Shown here piece after piece: positions 47,772 to 57,749 of a DNA stretch of 64,000 nt. Numbering within the stretch: position 1 is the first letter of the stretch; each line of letters starts with the position of its first letter. The DNA is taken from the NCBI GenBank assembly GCA_044451945.1, contig JBIOKR010000002.1, positions 4,411 through 68,410 on the forward strand, in the 5' to 3' direction. Source of the DNA: Candidatus Lutacidiplasmatales archaeon. Its GTDB lineage: Archaea > Thermoplasmatota > Thermoplasmata > Lutacidiplasmatales > UBA184. Below the pieces are notes generated by a model. The model made no database searches and was not told the origin of the DNA. It worked only from the letters and a program-made list of their open reading frames with translations. Made by a program: the position numbers and the translations under genes.

Positions 47772-48320
47772 ATGGCGGGCCGCATGCACTGTTCGCCGGC
47801 CGATCTGCTCGCCATCGCCGAGTACGATCGGGCCGTATTCGACCGATTCGTCCGCCGTGCCCGCCGCCTCCCGAAGAAGGGCGCCACGCGCCGCCGCGGG
47901 ATCGGCCACGAGTCGCTCTTCGACACCCTCGTCCACATCCTGAACGTCAAGGAGGTCTGGCTCGTCTACATCGTCCGCGGCCGCTCCTCGGAGAAGGAGC
48001 TCGGGGCGCTCTTCGAGCAGACCGGGCGCCATCCTACCGACTGGAAGGGGTTCGACGACTACTCCAAGCGAGTCTGGGCCGGAGTGGGCGAGACGATGAA
48101 AGGCCTCACCCCCCGCGACCTCGAGCGCCGCGTGAAGGTGTTCTGGATGCCCGGACGCTACACGGTCCGGGACGCGTGCCTTCAGACGACGATCGAGGAG
48201 GCCCACCACCTGGGAGAGATCATCGGGGCCCTCTGGCAGGAGGACCGCCGGCCGCCGGAGATGACGTGGATCGACGTGCGGAGAGCGCTCCCCTCGCCTC
48301 GAAAGCCCCGGACCCGGTAG
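47772..48320 (+). CDS. DinB/YfiT-like (DinB_2) four-helix-bundle protein
   Basis: Conserved His triad positions (…HILNVKEVW…EEAHHLGEI). Confidence 0.6.
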   Translation: MAGRMHCSPADLLAIAEYDRAVFDRFVRRARRLPKKGATRRRGIGHESLFDTLVHILNVKEVWLVYIVRGRSSEKELGALFEQTGRHPTDWKGFDDYSKRVWAGVGETMKGLTPRDLERRVKVFWMPGRYTVRDACLQTTIEEAHHLGEIIGALWQEDRRPPEMTWIDVRRALPSPRKPRTR

Positions 48321-48397
48321 GGGCCGAGCGCTCCGAGGCCCCGGGCGAGGCCAGGGAATGAAACCCGCCCGAATCCGATAAGTTGGGTGGCTCCGGG

Positions 48398-48586
48398 TCA
48401 CTCCGTCTTCAACGGCGGTGCCGGCTCGGCTTCGTCGGTCTCGATGACGAACGATCCGATGTAGTCGCAGTCGAGGCAATGGTAGACCTGGCCCATGATG
48501 AGGGCGCCTTCGTAGACGAGATGGTCGGAATTGCACTGCGGGCAGCGCAGTACCCGCTTACCCTTCCTCGGCCGGCGGTGCCGCAT
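48398..48586 (-). CDS. Small zinc-ribbon protein (CPQC…CLDC)
   Basis: 62 aa with two CxxC pairs. Overlaps the gyrA 3' end by 29 nt in another frame; the start is uncertain. Confidence 0.35.
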   Translation of the reverse strand: MRHRRPRKGKRVLRCPQCNSDHLVYEGALIMGQVYHCLDCDYIGSFVIETDEAEPAPPLKTE

Positions 48587-51170
48587 CGTCCTCCGTCTCG
48601 TCCTCGGGCTCTTCCTCGGCGGACCCCTCCGGAGGCTCGTCGGGAGGCGGCGGGCCCGCCGACGGCTCGACCAAGACATCGTGGCCCTCGAGGGAGGAGG
48701 CGAGCACGACGGCGGTCCGGACCTCGTCGCCTTCGTCGAGACGGATCACCCGGACGCCCAGGGTGTTGCGCATCTGCGAGCGGATGCTCTTGACCTCCAT
48801 GCGGATCGTGATGCCCCCCTGGGTGGTGACGAGGATCTCGTCGTCGTCGCGCGTGGGCAGGACCGCGACCACCGAGCCGTTCCTGCCGCCGGTCTTGATC
48901 GTGCGGACCCCGTGCGCGCCGCGCCGGGTCTTCCGGTAGTCGTCGGTCGGGCTCCGCTTGCCGTAGCCGGTCGAGGTGAGCGTCAGGAGGCAGGGATACT
49001 CCTTGCTGACGGGTGCCATGGCGACCACCCGGTCGTCCTTCTCGTCACCCAGCCGGGCCCCGATCACCCCGTAGGTGGCGCGGCCCATCGGGCGGACCTC
49101 GGCGAGCGGGAAGCGCACGAGTTGGCCGGCGTAGGTGGCGAGCGTGATCTCGGTCGTCTCGTCGGTGATCAGCTGGACCCCGATGAGCTCGTCGTGCTCC
49201 TCGAGGAGTATCGCCTGGATCCCGGAGGTCCGGATGTTCTGGAACTGGGAAAGCTCGGTGCGTTTGACGAACCCCTTCTTCGTCGCGAAGAACAGCGAGC
49301 CCTGGCTCTCGAGGTCCTTGAGCGGGAGCAGCGTCTGGACGCGCTCGCCGTCCTTGAGCTTCGGCAGCAGGTTGATCACCGCCTTGCCCTTCGAATGCCG
49401 GCTCCCCTCGGGGAGCTCGTACGCCTTGAGCCGGTAGACCCTTCCCAACGTCGTGAAGAAGAGGACGTCGTCGTGCGTCCGGGTCACGAAGGTCCGGATG
49501 ACGTAGTCCTCCTGCTTCGTCTCCATCTGGATGAGGCCCCGGCCCCCGCGGCGTTGCCGGCGGTACTGGTCGAGCGGCAGGCGCTTGATGTAGCCATCCC
49601 GGGTGACGAGGACGACGACCTCGGTGTCGGGGATCAGGTCCTCGAGCGTGCGTTCGGTGAACGCGGGGACGACGAGCGTCCGGCGCGCGTCGCCAAAGCG
49701 CTTCTTGAGGTCAGTGAGCTCCTCGACGATCAGTCCGTCGAGCTCTTTCGGGGAAGCGAGGATCGCCTTGAGTTGCTGGATCAGCGCCTCCTTCTCCTGG
49801 CGCTCGGTGTCGACCGACTCGCGCTCGAGCGCCGTCAAGCGGGCGAGCCGCATGTCGAGGATCGCCTTCGCCTGCTCCGTCGAGAGGAGGAACTTGCCCA
49901 TCAACGACGCTTCCGCCGCCGGGGCATCCTGAGAGCGCCGGATGATCTTGATCACCTCGTCGATGTGATCGATCGCGGTGAGGAACCCCTCCAGGATGTG
50001 GAGGCGCTCCTCTGCCTTGCGAAGGTCGAATTGGGTGCGTCGGGTGATCGTCGTCCGGCGGTGCGCGATGTGAAGGTGGAGCAGGTCCAGGAGGGGCAGG
50101 ACCTTCGGCTGCCCCTGGACGAGGCACAGGTTGATCACGCCGAAGCTCGTCTCGAGCGGCGTGTGCTCGTAGATCCGGTTGAGGATGATCTCCCCCGGGG
50201 CGTCGCGCCGTAGCTCGAGGACGACCGACGTCCCGTCGCGGTCGGACTCGTCCCTGAGGTCCGTGACCCCGTCGATCCGTTTCGTCTTGACGAGGTCCGC
50301 GATCAGCTGGAGGAGGGCGGACTTGTTGACCTCGTACGGGATCTCGGTGATGACGATCTCGTCCCTCCCGTCGCGCTCCCGGATCTCGGCCTTGCCGCGA
50401 AGGCGCAACGCCCCTCGGCCGGTCTCGTACGCCTCGCGGATGCCGCTCGAGGCGGCGAGATAGCCTCCGCCCGGGAAGTCCGGCGCGGGGAGTACCTGCA
50501 TCACTTCATCGAGGTTCGCCTCGGGTTTCCGAATCAGCAGGAGGAGGGCGTCGACGACCTCGCCCAGGTTGTGGGGCGGCATGTTGGTCGCCATGCCGAC
50601 GGCGATCCCCGCCGAGCCGTTGATCAGAAGGTTCGGGACCTTCGAAGGGAGCAGGAGCGGCTCCTTGAGCGTCCCATCGAAGTTGTCGTTCCAGTTGACC
50701 GTCTCCTTCTCGATGTCGAGGAGCATCTCCTCGGAAAGCGCGGAGAGCCGCGCCTCGGTGTACCGCATGGCCGCGGGCGAATCGCCGTCGATCGAGCCGA
50801 AGTTCCCCTGGCCGTCGATGAACGGATAGCGCAACGAGAACGGCTGCGCCATCCGGACGAGCGCGTCGTAGACCGACATGTCGCCGTGCGGGTGGTACTT
50901 GCCGAGGACGTCTCCGACGGTGCGCGCCGATTTCCGGTACGCCTTGTCGTGCGTCGCCCCGCTCTCCCACATCGACCAGAGGATGCGGCGGTGCACGGGC
51001 TTGAGACCGTCCCGCCCCTCGGGGAGCGCCCTTCCCACGATGACGCTCATCGCGTAATCGAGGTAGGAGGTGTGCATCTCCCGCTCGACGGGCTGGTCGC
51101 GGACCCCATGGTCCTCCTCGAGGACCGGCGGGGGGGGATCGACCGGCGCCTTCTGGGCCGGCGCGCTCAT
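48558..51170 (-). CDS. gyrA: DNA gyrase subunit A
   Basis: Active-site region ...AMRYTEAR..., GyrA-box QRRGGRG, and an acidic C-terminal tail. Start ATG overlaps the stop of the upstream DHH gene (ATGA). Confidence 0.9.
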   Translation of the reverse strand: MSAPAQKAPVDPPPPVLEEDHGVRDQPVEREMHTSYLDYAMSVIVGRALPEGRDGLKPVHRRILWSMWESGATHDKAYRKSARTVGDVLGKYHPHGDMSVYDALVRMAQPFSLRYPFIDGQGNFGSIDGDSPAAMRYTEARLSALSEEMLLDIEKETVNWNDNFDGTLKEPLLLPSKVPNLLINGSAGIAVGMATNMPPHNLGEVVDALLLLIRKPEANLDEVMQVLPAPDFPGGGYLAASSGIREAYETGRGALRLRGKAEIRERDGRDEIVITEIPYEVNKSALLQLIADLVKTKRIDGVTDLRDESDRDGTSVVLELRRDAPGEIILNRIYEHTPLETSFGVINLCLVQGQPKVLPLLDLLHLHIAHRRTTITRRTQFDLRKAEERLHILEGFLTAIDHIDEVIKIIRRSQDAPAAEASLMGKFLLSTEQAKAILDMRLARLTALERESVDTERQEKEALIQQLKAILASPKELDGLIVEELTDLKKRFGDARRTLVVPAFTERTLEDLIPDTEVVVLVTRDGYIKRLPLDQYRRQRRGGRGLIQMETKQEDYVIRTFVTRTHDDVLFFTTLGRVYRLKAYELPEGSRHSKGKAVINLLPKLKDGERVQTLLPLKDLESQGSLFFATKKGFVKRTELSQFQNIRTSGIQAILLEEHDELIGVQLITDETTEITLATYAGQLVRFPLAEVRPMGRATYGVIGARLGDEKDDRVVAMAPVSKEYPCLLTLTSTGYGKRSPTDDYRKTRRGAHGVRTIKTGGRNGSVVAVLPTRDDDEILVTTQGGITIRMEVKSIRSQMRNTLGVRVIRLDEGDEVRTAVVLASSLEGHDVLVEPSAGPPPPDEPPEGSAEEEPEDETEDDAAPPAEEG

Positions 51171-52567
51171 CGGGCGGCCTCCTTCAGGAGGGGCGCGATC
51201 TGGAGAGCGATGATCCGGTTCGCTTCGGCGAGGAAGGCGTCACGGCTACCCGAGGGGATCGTGGCGCCGCTCGCGACGGTGTGGCCGCCTCCCTCTCCGT
51301 GGACGCTCGCGGCGGCGTCCCGCACCGCGCTCGAGAGGTCGAGGCCCTGGTCGACGAGCCATCGGGTTCCGCGCCCCGAGAGCTTGATGTCGTGCTCGCC
51401 GTGGGAGAAGACGAACACGGGGCGTCGCGGGTCGAGAAGGTAGTTCATCGCCAGCCCTGCCTGGGTTCCCGCCAAGGTCGTCTCCGCGCTCTCGAACCAC
51501 TGGAGCGCGCCCAACGAATTAACCCCGTCGTTCTCGATGCGGCGGAGCCCGTTCAAGATGCCCGTGCGCCATTCCTCCTCCGCCCGGCGCGCGCGCTCGA
51601 TCGCCGACCTGTCCCCGAAGCAGATGGCGACTCCGAGCCCGGGCGTGCCGATACGCCCCGTGGCGTTCTGCAGGTTCGAAAGCTCCTCCGCGCCGAGGCC
51701 GACCGACGGCAGCTCCCAGAGGTCACGGGCGACCAGCTCGCAGAACTCCGGCCGGACCCCCTGACGGGCGAGGCGGGCGGTGAGCGCGGTGACGAGCCGA
51801 CGCTCCTCCTCGGGCTCCAAGCGGTCGACCGGTCGGGCCGGGTCGATGCGAAGCTCCTGGAGGAACGACTTAGACTCCTCGGAGCGCCCGGAGAGGCCGG
51901 CGTAGTACGGGTCGATGCTGCGGCCGAGCGCCGCCCCGAGGCTCGGACCGTGAAGCGCGATCCGGTGGGCGCGCACGACCAGCGAGCGGCTGACCGCCTC
52001 CTCGAGGAGCCGCGCATTGAGCCCCCGCATCCCGCCGATATGCTGGCGGTCCGCGATCGCCCCTGAGATCCCCCACGGCGCGTTGTCCCAGTTCTTCGGG
52101 TCGAGAAAGACGGTGAACAGCCAGCTGAGCGTCGCGGCGCACATCTCGCTCATGCCGTCGACGCCCCAGTCGAGCGGGTTGACGAGTGCGACGTGGTCGG
52201 GAAGGGAGGGAGGATTCGGGAAGCCGGGGTACCGGTGGTGGTCGAGGATGATCACCGGTTGCTTGTGCTCGACGTAAAGGTCGAGCCAGCTCGCCCCGGT
52301 ATCCACGACCAGCACAGGTCCGGGCGTCGCCGTGAGGAGCTCCTGCATCCGTCCTCTTTCGACCGCCTTGAGCGGGGTCGTCTGGAACGGGTACCCGAGG
52401 CGCGTGAGGGCGCGGGCGATCGAGCAGGCGCTTGCGATCCCGTCCCCGTCGTAATGGTAGACGATCCGCCAGCGCTTCGGGTGGGCGAGAAGAAGGCCAC
52501 GGGCCTTGGTGAATTCGCTCGAGTAGCTCGGCTGGGTAACGAATCCTTCGGGCCCCGAGGGCATCAC
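51167..52567 (-). CDS. DHH-family phosphoesterase, archaeal RecJ/GAN-like
   Basis: DHH motifs ([15 protein letters not shown]; ILDHH), a DHHA1-like C-terminus with GGGH. Confidence 0.75.
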   Translation of the reverse strand: MMPSGPEGFVTQPSYSSEFTKARGLLLAHPKRWRIVYHYDGDGIASACSIARALTRLGYPFQTTPLKAVERGRMQELLTATPGPVLVVDTGASWLDLYVEHKQPVIILDHHRYPGFPNPPSLPDHVALVNPLDWGVDGMSEMCAATLSWLFTVFLDPKNWDNAPWGISGAIADRQHIGGMRGLNARLLEEAVSRSLVVRAHRIALHGPSLGAALGRSIDPYYAGLSGRSEESKSFLQELRIDPARPVDRLEPEEERRLVTALTARLARQGVRPEFCELVARDLWELPSVGLGAEELSNLQNATGRIGTPGLGVAICFGDRSAIERARRAEEEWRTGILNGLRRIENDGVNSLGALQWFESAETTLAGTQAGLAMNYLLDPRRPVFVFSHGEHDIKLSGRGTRWLVDQGLDLSSAVRDAAASVHGEGGGHTVASGATIPSGSRDAFLAEANRIIALQIAPLLKEAAR

Positions 52568-53004
52568 GCCACCTGAAAGCAGGCCGAGATCGAGTCGGCG
52601 TCCGTACGTGTCGACACAGTGTCCCCGGATTCACGCGTTGAGCGATGGGTGTACGACCATTCAACTCTATTTCAGGTCCACGCTACTTCGGCCCCGGCCG
52701 GGGTTGATATCCTCTAACGGAGTCGCTCTGGCGCCAGGACCAAGACGCGACCGCGCCTGAGACGGGGCAGGCCCGATTCCCCAGGAAGGGCCGTCACGAT
52801 CGGCCGGCCGGACGGATCGTCGCGATTCCCCGTGCTCAGAGGGCGGTCTGAGTGGGTCATGGACCGCGAATCCTCCCGTCTCCATTTTCCACGCCGCGCG
52901 ATCGAAATCTGTCGCCCGACTGTCACGGAGTCTCGAGAGCTATGGGGAGGGAAACCGCGAGGGATGCCGTCGAGTTCGTTCGCTCCCATTGACGGCCGGA
53001 TCGG

Positions 53005-53580
53005 TCATCGTACGCGATCGGTCGGACCGAATAGTCGTAGGGTCTCCTTGACTTCCTCAGTTCGAGCTCGGATTCTTTCAGCGATTCCGAAGTGTTTGGC
53101 GACCTCCAAGACGCCCTCAAAGGTGGACTCCGGAACTCCGGCACGGACGTCCCTTCGGATCTTTGCCACGTAGAGCCGCCAGTCGTCGGTGCAAAGCCGC
53201 ATGTACCACACAACCTCCGGCCGAGCCCAACGCACCGCGCCGTGGCGATCGGATCGATACTCGCCCACGTAGGCCACAAACGCATCTCCGCTCTGGGCTC
53301 CCGAAAAGGGGGTACCGACGATGAACTCCACTTCGACCCAACCCGAGCGGACGAGGATCCTCGTCGAGCCTATCGTGCCCGACGGCTCGAAGGGGGCGAC
53401 GTCATTCCGGTCCTCAAATGCGTGTTCGAGAGCATCGAAATCCCCGACGGCGACGAGGAGGTCAACGTCTCCCGTCCCGACCCCGAATCTCCGCTCGAGC
53501 GCTGGCCCTCCGACGACGACGAATTCGACACCGAGCTTCCGGAGCCTCTCTGCGATCAACTCGATATCGTCGGCGTTCAC
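53005..53580 (-). CDS. Nucleotidyltransferase-fold (MNT-like) protein
   Basis: VVVGGPALERRFGVGTGDVDLLV matches the hG[GS]-x(9-13)-DhD Pol-beta superfamily motif. Overlaps the upstream gene by 4 nt. Confidence 0.55.
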   Translation of the reverse strand: MNADDIELIAERLRKLGVEFVVVGGPALERRFGVGTGDVDLLVAVGDFDALEHAFEDRNDVAPFEPSGTIGSTRILVRSGWVEVEFIVGTPFSGAQSGDAFVAYVGEYRSDRHGAVRWARPEVVWYMRLCTDDWRLYVAKIRRDVRAGVPESTFEGVLEVAKHFGIAERIRARTEEVKETLRLFGPTDRVR

Positions 53581-54143
53581 GGAATCACCTGCTTCGGCGA
53601 GTTCTTACGCATCTGGCGCTCTAGGGTCGCCTTGGGAAGGGCATCCCCGACCGCTTCGATAGCCGGAGCGAAGTCTTGGAGTCGTACGAGGGTGGCTGCC
53701 CTCTCCAAGTTCTCCTGGAGAACCCGCTTGAGCAAGTAGGCCGGCCGAAGCTCGGCACGGTTCCTCTCTGCCACCGCACGAGCGGCGAGCTCGTCCAGTT
53801 GGAGCAGCATGACGATCACGTCCTCGATCCGCGGATCTCGGATGGCATCAACAGAGGTTGACGGGAGCTTGCGGAACTGGGTGTCCACGCCGGAGAGCGT
53901 CGGCTCAACGGAGAAGAGAACGGGGGGGAAGTTGATCGGATAGCCCAGCATGATGACCGTCTCCGGGCGCAGGAGATAGACCGGGAGGCCGGCCCGGTGC
54001 GCCTTCTCGGCCCGCTCGGGGGTGTCAATGCGTAGCCGGGTCCGCTGGACGGGTCGATGAAACGGCCGCGTCTCGGGCACGAAGAGATCACGCGGAATCG
54101 CCCTGTCCGACGGGCTTCGGACAAAGGACACGCTCGGCTGCAT
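53577..54143 (-). CDS. Hypothetical protein, partner of the nucleotidyltransferase (possible HEPN-like, Rx4H)
   Basis: 188-aa ORF translationally coupled to the MNT gene. It contains RAEKAH (R-x4-H) but no other recognisable motif. Confidence 0.35.
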   Translation of the reverse strand: MQPSVSFVRSPSDRAIPRDLFVPETRPFHRPVQRTRLRIDTPERAEKAHRAGLPVYLLRPETVIMLGYPINFPPVLFSVEPTLSGVDTQFRKLPSTSVDAIRDPRIEDVIVMLLQLDELAARAVAERNRAELRPAYLLKRVLQENLERAATLVRLQDFAPAIEAVGDALPKATLERQMRKNSPKQVIP

Positions 54144-54199
54144 GCCGTGTATGTGGGTTTGTAAGTATATAAGTAATGTGCGTTAGCAATTGGTATTGC

Positions 54200-54565
54200 G
54201 GCTGAACGCGAGTCGATGCGAGGGGATCGAACCGGTGCCCCGGCCCCTCAGGGCCACCGGCCTCCCGCTCGGCCCTCAGGAAGGGCCCGACATCAAAGAC
54301 CCACCTCAGACGAATCGACGCGGTGACGAACCCCGAAGGAACCTCACGCACCGCGTCAGAGTTCCTGCGCAGGCCGAGGGCCGTTCGGCTCGACCAAGTG
54401 CCGGTCCGAGGTTCTCCTCGTCCGGTATTCGCTAACGCCGGGTGTCGGACACCCTCGAGTCTGGACGTTCGAGCTGAGCACGGGGTGTTCGTGCTGCGAA
54501 CTCGGCCTTTGTAGATCGGCCTAGACCACCCGCGCCAGCGAATCCTGGCGGATTCGTCTCCCCGG
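54200..54565. ncRNA. Structured GC-rich non-coding region (candidate ncRNA or degenerate tRNA/intron remnant), strand undetermined
   Basis: No credible ORF. Several perfect hairpins (cgcggtg...caccgcg; gtctcccc-gggg-gagac; cgccagcgaatcctggcg) and a tRNA T-arm-like GGTTCGATCCCC on the minus strand. A TATATAAG box lies at 54166..54173. Confidence 0.3.
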
Positions 54566-54571
54566 GGGAGA

Positions 54572-55027
54572 CTACTCCACCTGGAGCACCGCGCCGGCGG
54601 ACGTGTACCGCCAGCTCTCCGGGAGGACCTTGCGCTGCCGATAGTAGCGGGCGAGGCGCCGGATCCGGGACTCCATCAGGTGAAGACCACGGCTGTTCGA
54701 GAGGTCCTTAGGATGGGTCAGGAGGTGGCGCTGGAGGTGGACGACGCGCTTGAGCAGCGCCTGGAGGTCTTCGGGGAGGTCGGGGTGGACGCCGTTCTCC
54801 TCGAGAAGCTTCGAAAGGCGCCGCCCGGTGACGGAACGGCTGGAGGGAACGCCGTGCGTGTCGCGTAGGATGGTGCCGACCTGGGCGGAGTTGAGGCCGG
54901 TCTTCGCGAGCTTGACCGCCTCCTCGGCGACCTCCTGGGGGTCGAGGGTCTCCCAGGTGGGTTTGGCAATCGGATAGGGCCGGTGCGAGCCGGCGCGACC
55001 CTTATGCCCGGAGTGGATGCGGGACAC
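54572..55027 (-). CDS. rps15: 30S ribosomal protein S15 (uS15)
   Basis: MSRIHSGHKGRAGSHRPY... N-terminus and a C-terminal S15 helical domain. Confidence 0.85.
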   Translation of the reverse strand: MSRIHSGHKGRAGSHRPYPIAKPTWETLDPQEVAEEAVKLAKTGLNSAQVGTILRDTHGVPSSRSVTGRRLSKLLEENGVHPDLPEDLQALLKRVVHLQRHLLTHPKDLSNSRGLHLMESRIRRLARYYRQRKVLPESWRYTSAGAVLQVE

Positions 55028-55081
55028 GGGAAATCCACCTACGTCGATTACTTAACGCTTCGTCCCGGGGGCCGTTTCCCC

Positions 55082-55423
55082 TCAGCCGATGCGGTCGGAG
55101 TCCTCGATCGACTCGGCGAGGAACCGCTTCCCGGGGGCGGTGATCAGGTAGCGGTGGGTCGACGCCCGCTGGCGCTGGAAGGAGTAGCTGGAGGGCTTCT
55201 GCGCTTCGACCAGGCCGTTGCGAAGCAGCAGGCCGAGCGCGAGAGCCACCTTGACCGATCCCTGCTTGACCGCCCAGAAATCCGTAAGGAGGCCCTCGAT
55301 CTCCTTCAGCTCGAGCGCCTGCTCCTCCGGGTCACCCTCGTGCACCGACGCGGCGTGGTTGAGCTGCTTGAGGATCGCGAGCAGCGTGGCCCGGTTCGGG
55401 TCTCCCTGAGCGGGTCGGGGCAT
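55082..55423 (-). CDS. Small winged-helix (PadR-like) protein, paralog A
   Basis: GLLLRNGLVEAQKP..YSFQRQRASTHRYLITAPGKRFL is a PadR-like wing. The C-terminus IEDSDRIG is shared with paralog B. Confidence 0.5.
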   Translation of the reverse strand: MPRPAQGDPNRATLLAILKQLNHAASVHEGDPEEQALELKEIEGLLTDFWAVKQGSVKVALALGLLLRNGLVEAQKPSSYSFQRQRASTHRYLITAPGKRFLAESIEDSDRIG

Positions 55424-55484
55424 CCGATGGAATCTACGCGGGGTTGTCTTACTTAACCCCCACTGGAACGGGGGGTCGGACGTC

Positions 55485-55853
55485 TCAGCGGATTCGATTC
55501 GAATCCTCGATCTGCCGGTTCAGGTAGTCCTTCCCCAGCGTCGTGATGACGTACCGGCGACCGACCAGGCGCTCCCTGTCCCAGGCGTAGACCTCGTTCG
55601 TCCGCTCCGCGAGCAGGCCATTCTCGACCAGGAGGGCCACGGCGTCCTCGAAGTTCTGGTCGCCGACATGCATCGCCCAAAAGAGTCGCATCGACCGGGC
55701 GAGCTCGATCATCTCGAGCCCCTCGACATCGTCCCGGCGGTCCTCGGCCTCCTTGTTGAGCCGTCGGAGGATCTCCATTAGGATCTCATGGAAGGCCCAG
55801 GCGATCTCTCTGGGCGTCTCGGCACGCACGACACGGTCAGGGAGGGCCCGCAA
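55485..55853 (-). CDS. Small winged-helix (PadR-like) protein, paralog B
   Basis: ALLVENGLLAERTNEVYAWDRERLVGRRYVITTLGKDYL, with C-terminal IEDSNRIR. Confidence 0.5.
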   Translation of the reverse strand: MRALPDRVVRAETPREIAWAFHEILMEILRRLNKEAEDRRDDVEGLEMIELARSMRLFWAMHVGDQNFEDAVALLVENGLLAERTNEVYAWDRERLVGRRYVITTLGKDYLNRQIEDSNRIR

Positions 55854-56128
55854 TAAACCCGCGTGCTCTGGTCATGCAGCCGTGCGGCACGGCAAGGGCT
55901 GAGCACCCCAGCAAGGCAGCCTCTCGGCGTTGGGGAGTTTCTTGCCCGGAGTGAGCGGACTGATTCGGCCCGCCATCGGGAGATCCGCGTTGCTGCGACC
56001 TCGGGCGGGATCCGCCGGCTGCGGTCTTGAAGCTCTACGCCGACGGGAACTCCAGGAATGTCCTTGCGTGACCTTAACAGGGGGGCGGGAGTCCCTTGGT
56101 CCGGTCCTGCGGGCCCGGATGGATAGGA

Positions 56129-57187
56129 ATGACAACCCTGAGAAGGTACAACACCCACTCCGAGGTCGCCCGTCACCGGTCCCTGGCGTGGGGCGGACCG
56201 GTATTCGCCAGCGTGCTCGTGGCGAGCCTGCTCATCGTGTCGCCCCTCGGAAGCGGGGCGGGAAGCGCCAAGCCTCCATACTTCGGCGCGATGAGGACCA
56301 ATTCCCTCCTCCAGGTCGACGGTTGCGCCACTTCGAAGATCCTCAAGGCCCCGGCGTTCAGCTTCAAGACCGGGCGGGGCAACCTGTCCGTCTCCTCCAA
56401 CCTGAGGAAGTGCAACCCGGGGCTCGGTTACGGGACGTACAACCTCTCCTATACGACGGGGGGGATGGTTATCGACATCAATCTTACCCACACCCTCGGA
56501 TTGGGGGGGAAGCAGTCGTTCGCCACGTTCACCAATTTCTCGGTCGGCGTGAGCCTTTCCGCCAGGACGCTTGCGCAAGTCGTCACCACGACCATGTGCC
56601 CCCCCGGTCCGGTGGTGGAGTACATCAGCCCCACGAACGCCAGCTATGATGAGAACACCAGCATGGCGGACTGTGGGGCCACCGCGCAGGCCTTCGAGAT
56701 CTTGACCGCGTTTGTAGTGGACGAGACGAACGACACGAGCTGGGCCGTCAACGGGAGCACGTTGCCCCCATCGTGCTCGTTCCTGAGCGTCTTCTGCTCC
56801 GAAAACCTGAGCGAGTACTACAACTACGAATCCGGAACCGAATTTGGTCCCGGGAACGCGTACGGGTACACTCCCAACGTTTGGGGCTGGACGAACCTCT
56901 CGTCATGGTCCAACTACTCGTATCCGTCTGCGACGGGGTACACGGGGAGCTTCTGGTTCAACTCCACCGACGGGCACTCGATGTGCGCGCCCCACAACAC
57001 GTGCGGCTTCCTGGTTGCACCACCGTATCTCAACGGGTGGAAGTTCAACTCGCACCACATCTACGCACTGCTGCTCTATGTCAATGCGACCGTGGAAGCC
57101 TACGGCTCCGGGTTCGCCGGAACCCGCGCCTCTGCGACGGTGAGCGACCCATCGGGATTTACCATTACCTCGGTGCGACAGTCCTGA
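56129..57187 (+). CDS. Secreted cysteine-rich N-glycosylated protein, paralog of 4296..5165
   Basis: Signal peptide VFASVLVASLLIVSPLGSGAGSA. More than 10 Cys and more than 15 sequons. Shares the PYFG...GCATSKI pattern with the 4296 protein. Confidence 0.55.
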   Translation: MTTLRRYNTHSEVARHRSLAWGGPVFASVLVASLLIVSPLGSGAGSAKPPYFGAMRTNSLLQVDGCATSKILKAPAFSFKTGRGNLSVSSNLRKCNPGLGYGTYNLSYTTGGMVIDINLTHTLGLGGKQSFATFTNFSVGVSLSARTLAQVVTTTMCPPGPVVEYISPTNASYDENTSMADCGATAQAFEILTAFVVDETNDTSWAVNGSTLPPSCSFLSVFCSENLSEYYNYESGTEFGPGNAYGYTPNVWGWTNLSSWSNYSYPSATGYTGSFWFNSTDGHSMCAPHNTCGFLVAPPYLNGWKFNSHHIYALLLYVNATVEAYGSGFAGTRASATVSDPSGFTITSVRQS

Positions 57188-57423
57188 GCCACTGCGGGCC
57201 AAACGAGTAGGAGCTGCCTTCAGGGCGGAGCCCCGGGAGGCCCCTCGCTCTCCCGGTGGCTCGTAATGGGCCGGGCTCCCCCCCGCATCCGCCCCTACCA
57301 TGACCTTGCCGGTCGGCGAGCCAGAAGGGTCGAACCCATCGCCATGAGCCCGGTTTCCGCCGCTCTCGACACACTGCAATTCGGGCCGAGACCTTATGTC
57401 GGGAGCGTCGCTGTATAGACTCG

Positions 57424-57732
57424 ATGGCCTGCACGTGCCGCGCTCCGGCGAGATGTCCGGTATGCAACACCCCCGTCCGGGTCCCGCTTTCCCACCTCGA
57501 GACGTCGAGCGGCGCCGCGGTTCTGGTCGACCGATTTGCCCGTCGCGACTCCTCCTCCAGCCGAGAGGGACTGCGCCGGCTCATCGAGGGCTCCTCCTCC
57601 TGCCCAAGCTGCGCCACCACGATCGTTCACGCCCACAGCCGCTCCTGCGTCGCGGACGCGCTCAGCGCTGCCGGCGTGCCCCTGAGCGAGCGCGAGGCGA
57701 TCCTCGCGAAGATCGTCTTCCCCGAGGGATAG
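57424..57732 (+). CDS. Small Cys-rich ORF (CPVC…CPSC), possible zinc-ribbon protein
   Basis: 102-aa ORF upstream of trpS with two CxxC pairs. GC3 is consistent with coding, but there is no homology signal. Confidence 0.25.
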   Translation: MACTCRAPARCPVCNTPVRVPLSHLETSSGAAVLVDRFARRDSSSSREGLRRLIEGSSSCPSCATTIVHAHSRSCVADALSAAGVPLSEREAILAKIVFPEG

Positions 57733-57749
57733 CCCGCGGGATCGACCGC

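Noticed and set aside
47499-50213. Minus ORF 47499..48536 and plus ORF 48531..50213
   Set aside because: Overlap DinB-like and gyrA in wrong frames or strands.
54216-54240. tRNA gene suggested by GGTTCGATCCCC (minus strand)
   Set aside because: No acceptor, D or anticodon arms could be paired around the T-loop-like string. Kept only as a tRNA-like remnant within the structured-region finding.
54200-54565. RNase P RNA or SRP RNA identity for the structured region
   Set aside because: Universally conserved strings (GGAAAGUCCGG / ACAGAA for RNase P; GGAAGGGAGCA for SRP helix 8) are absent on both strands.
55778-56649. ORFs 55778..56578 (-) and 55930..56649 (+)
   Set aside because: Overlap the intergenic region and the 5' part of the secreted protein gene; no signal, biased composition.
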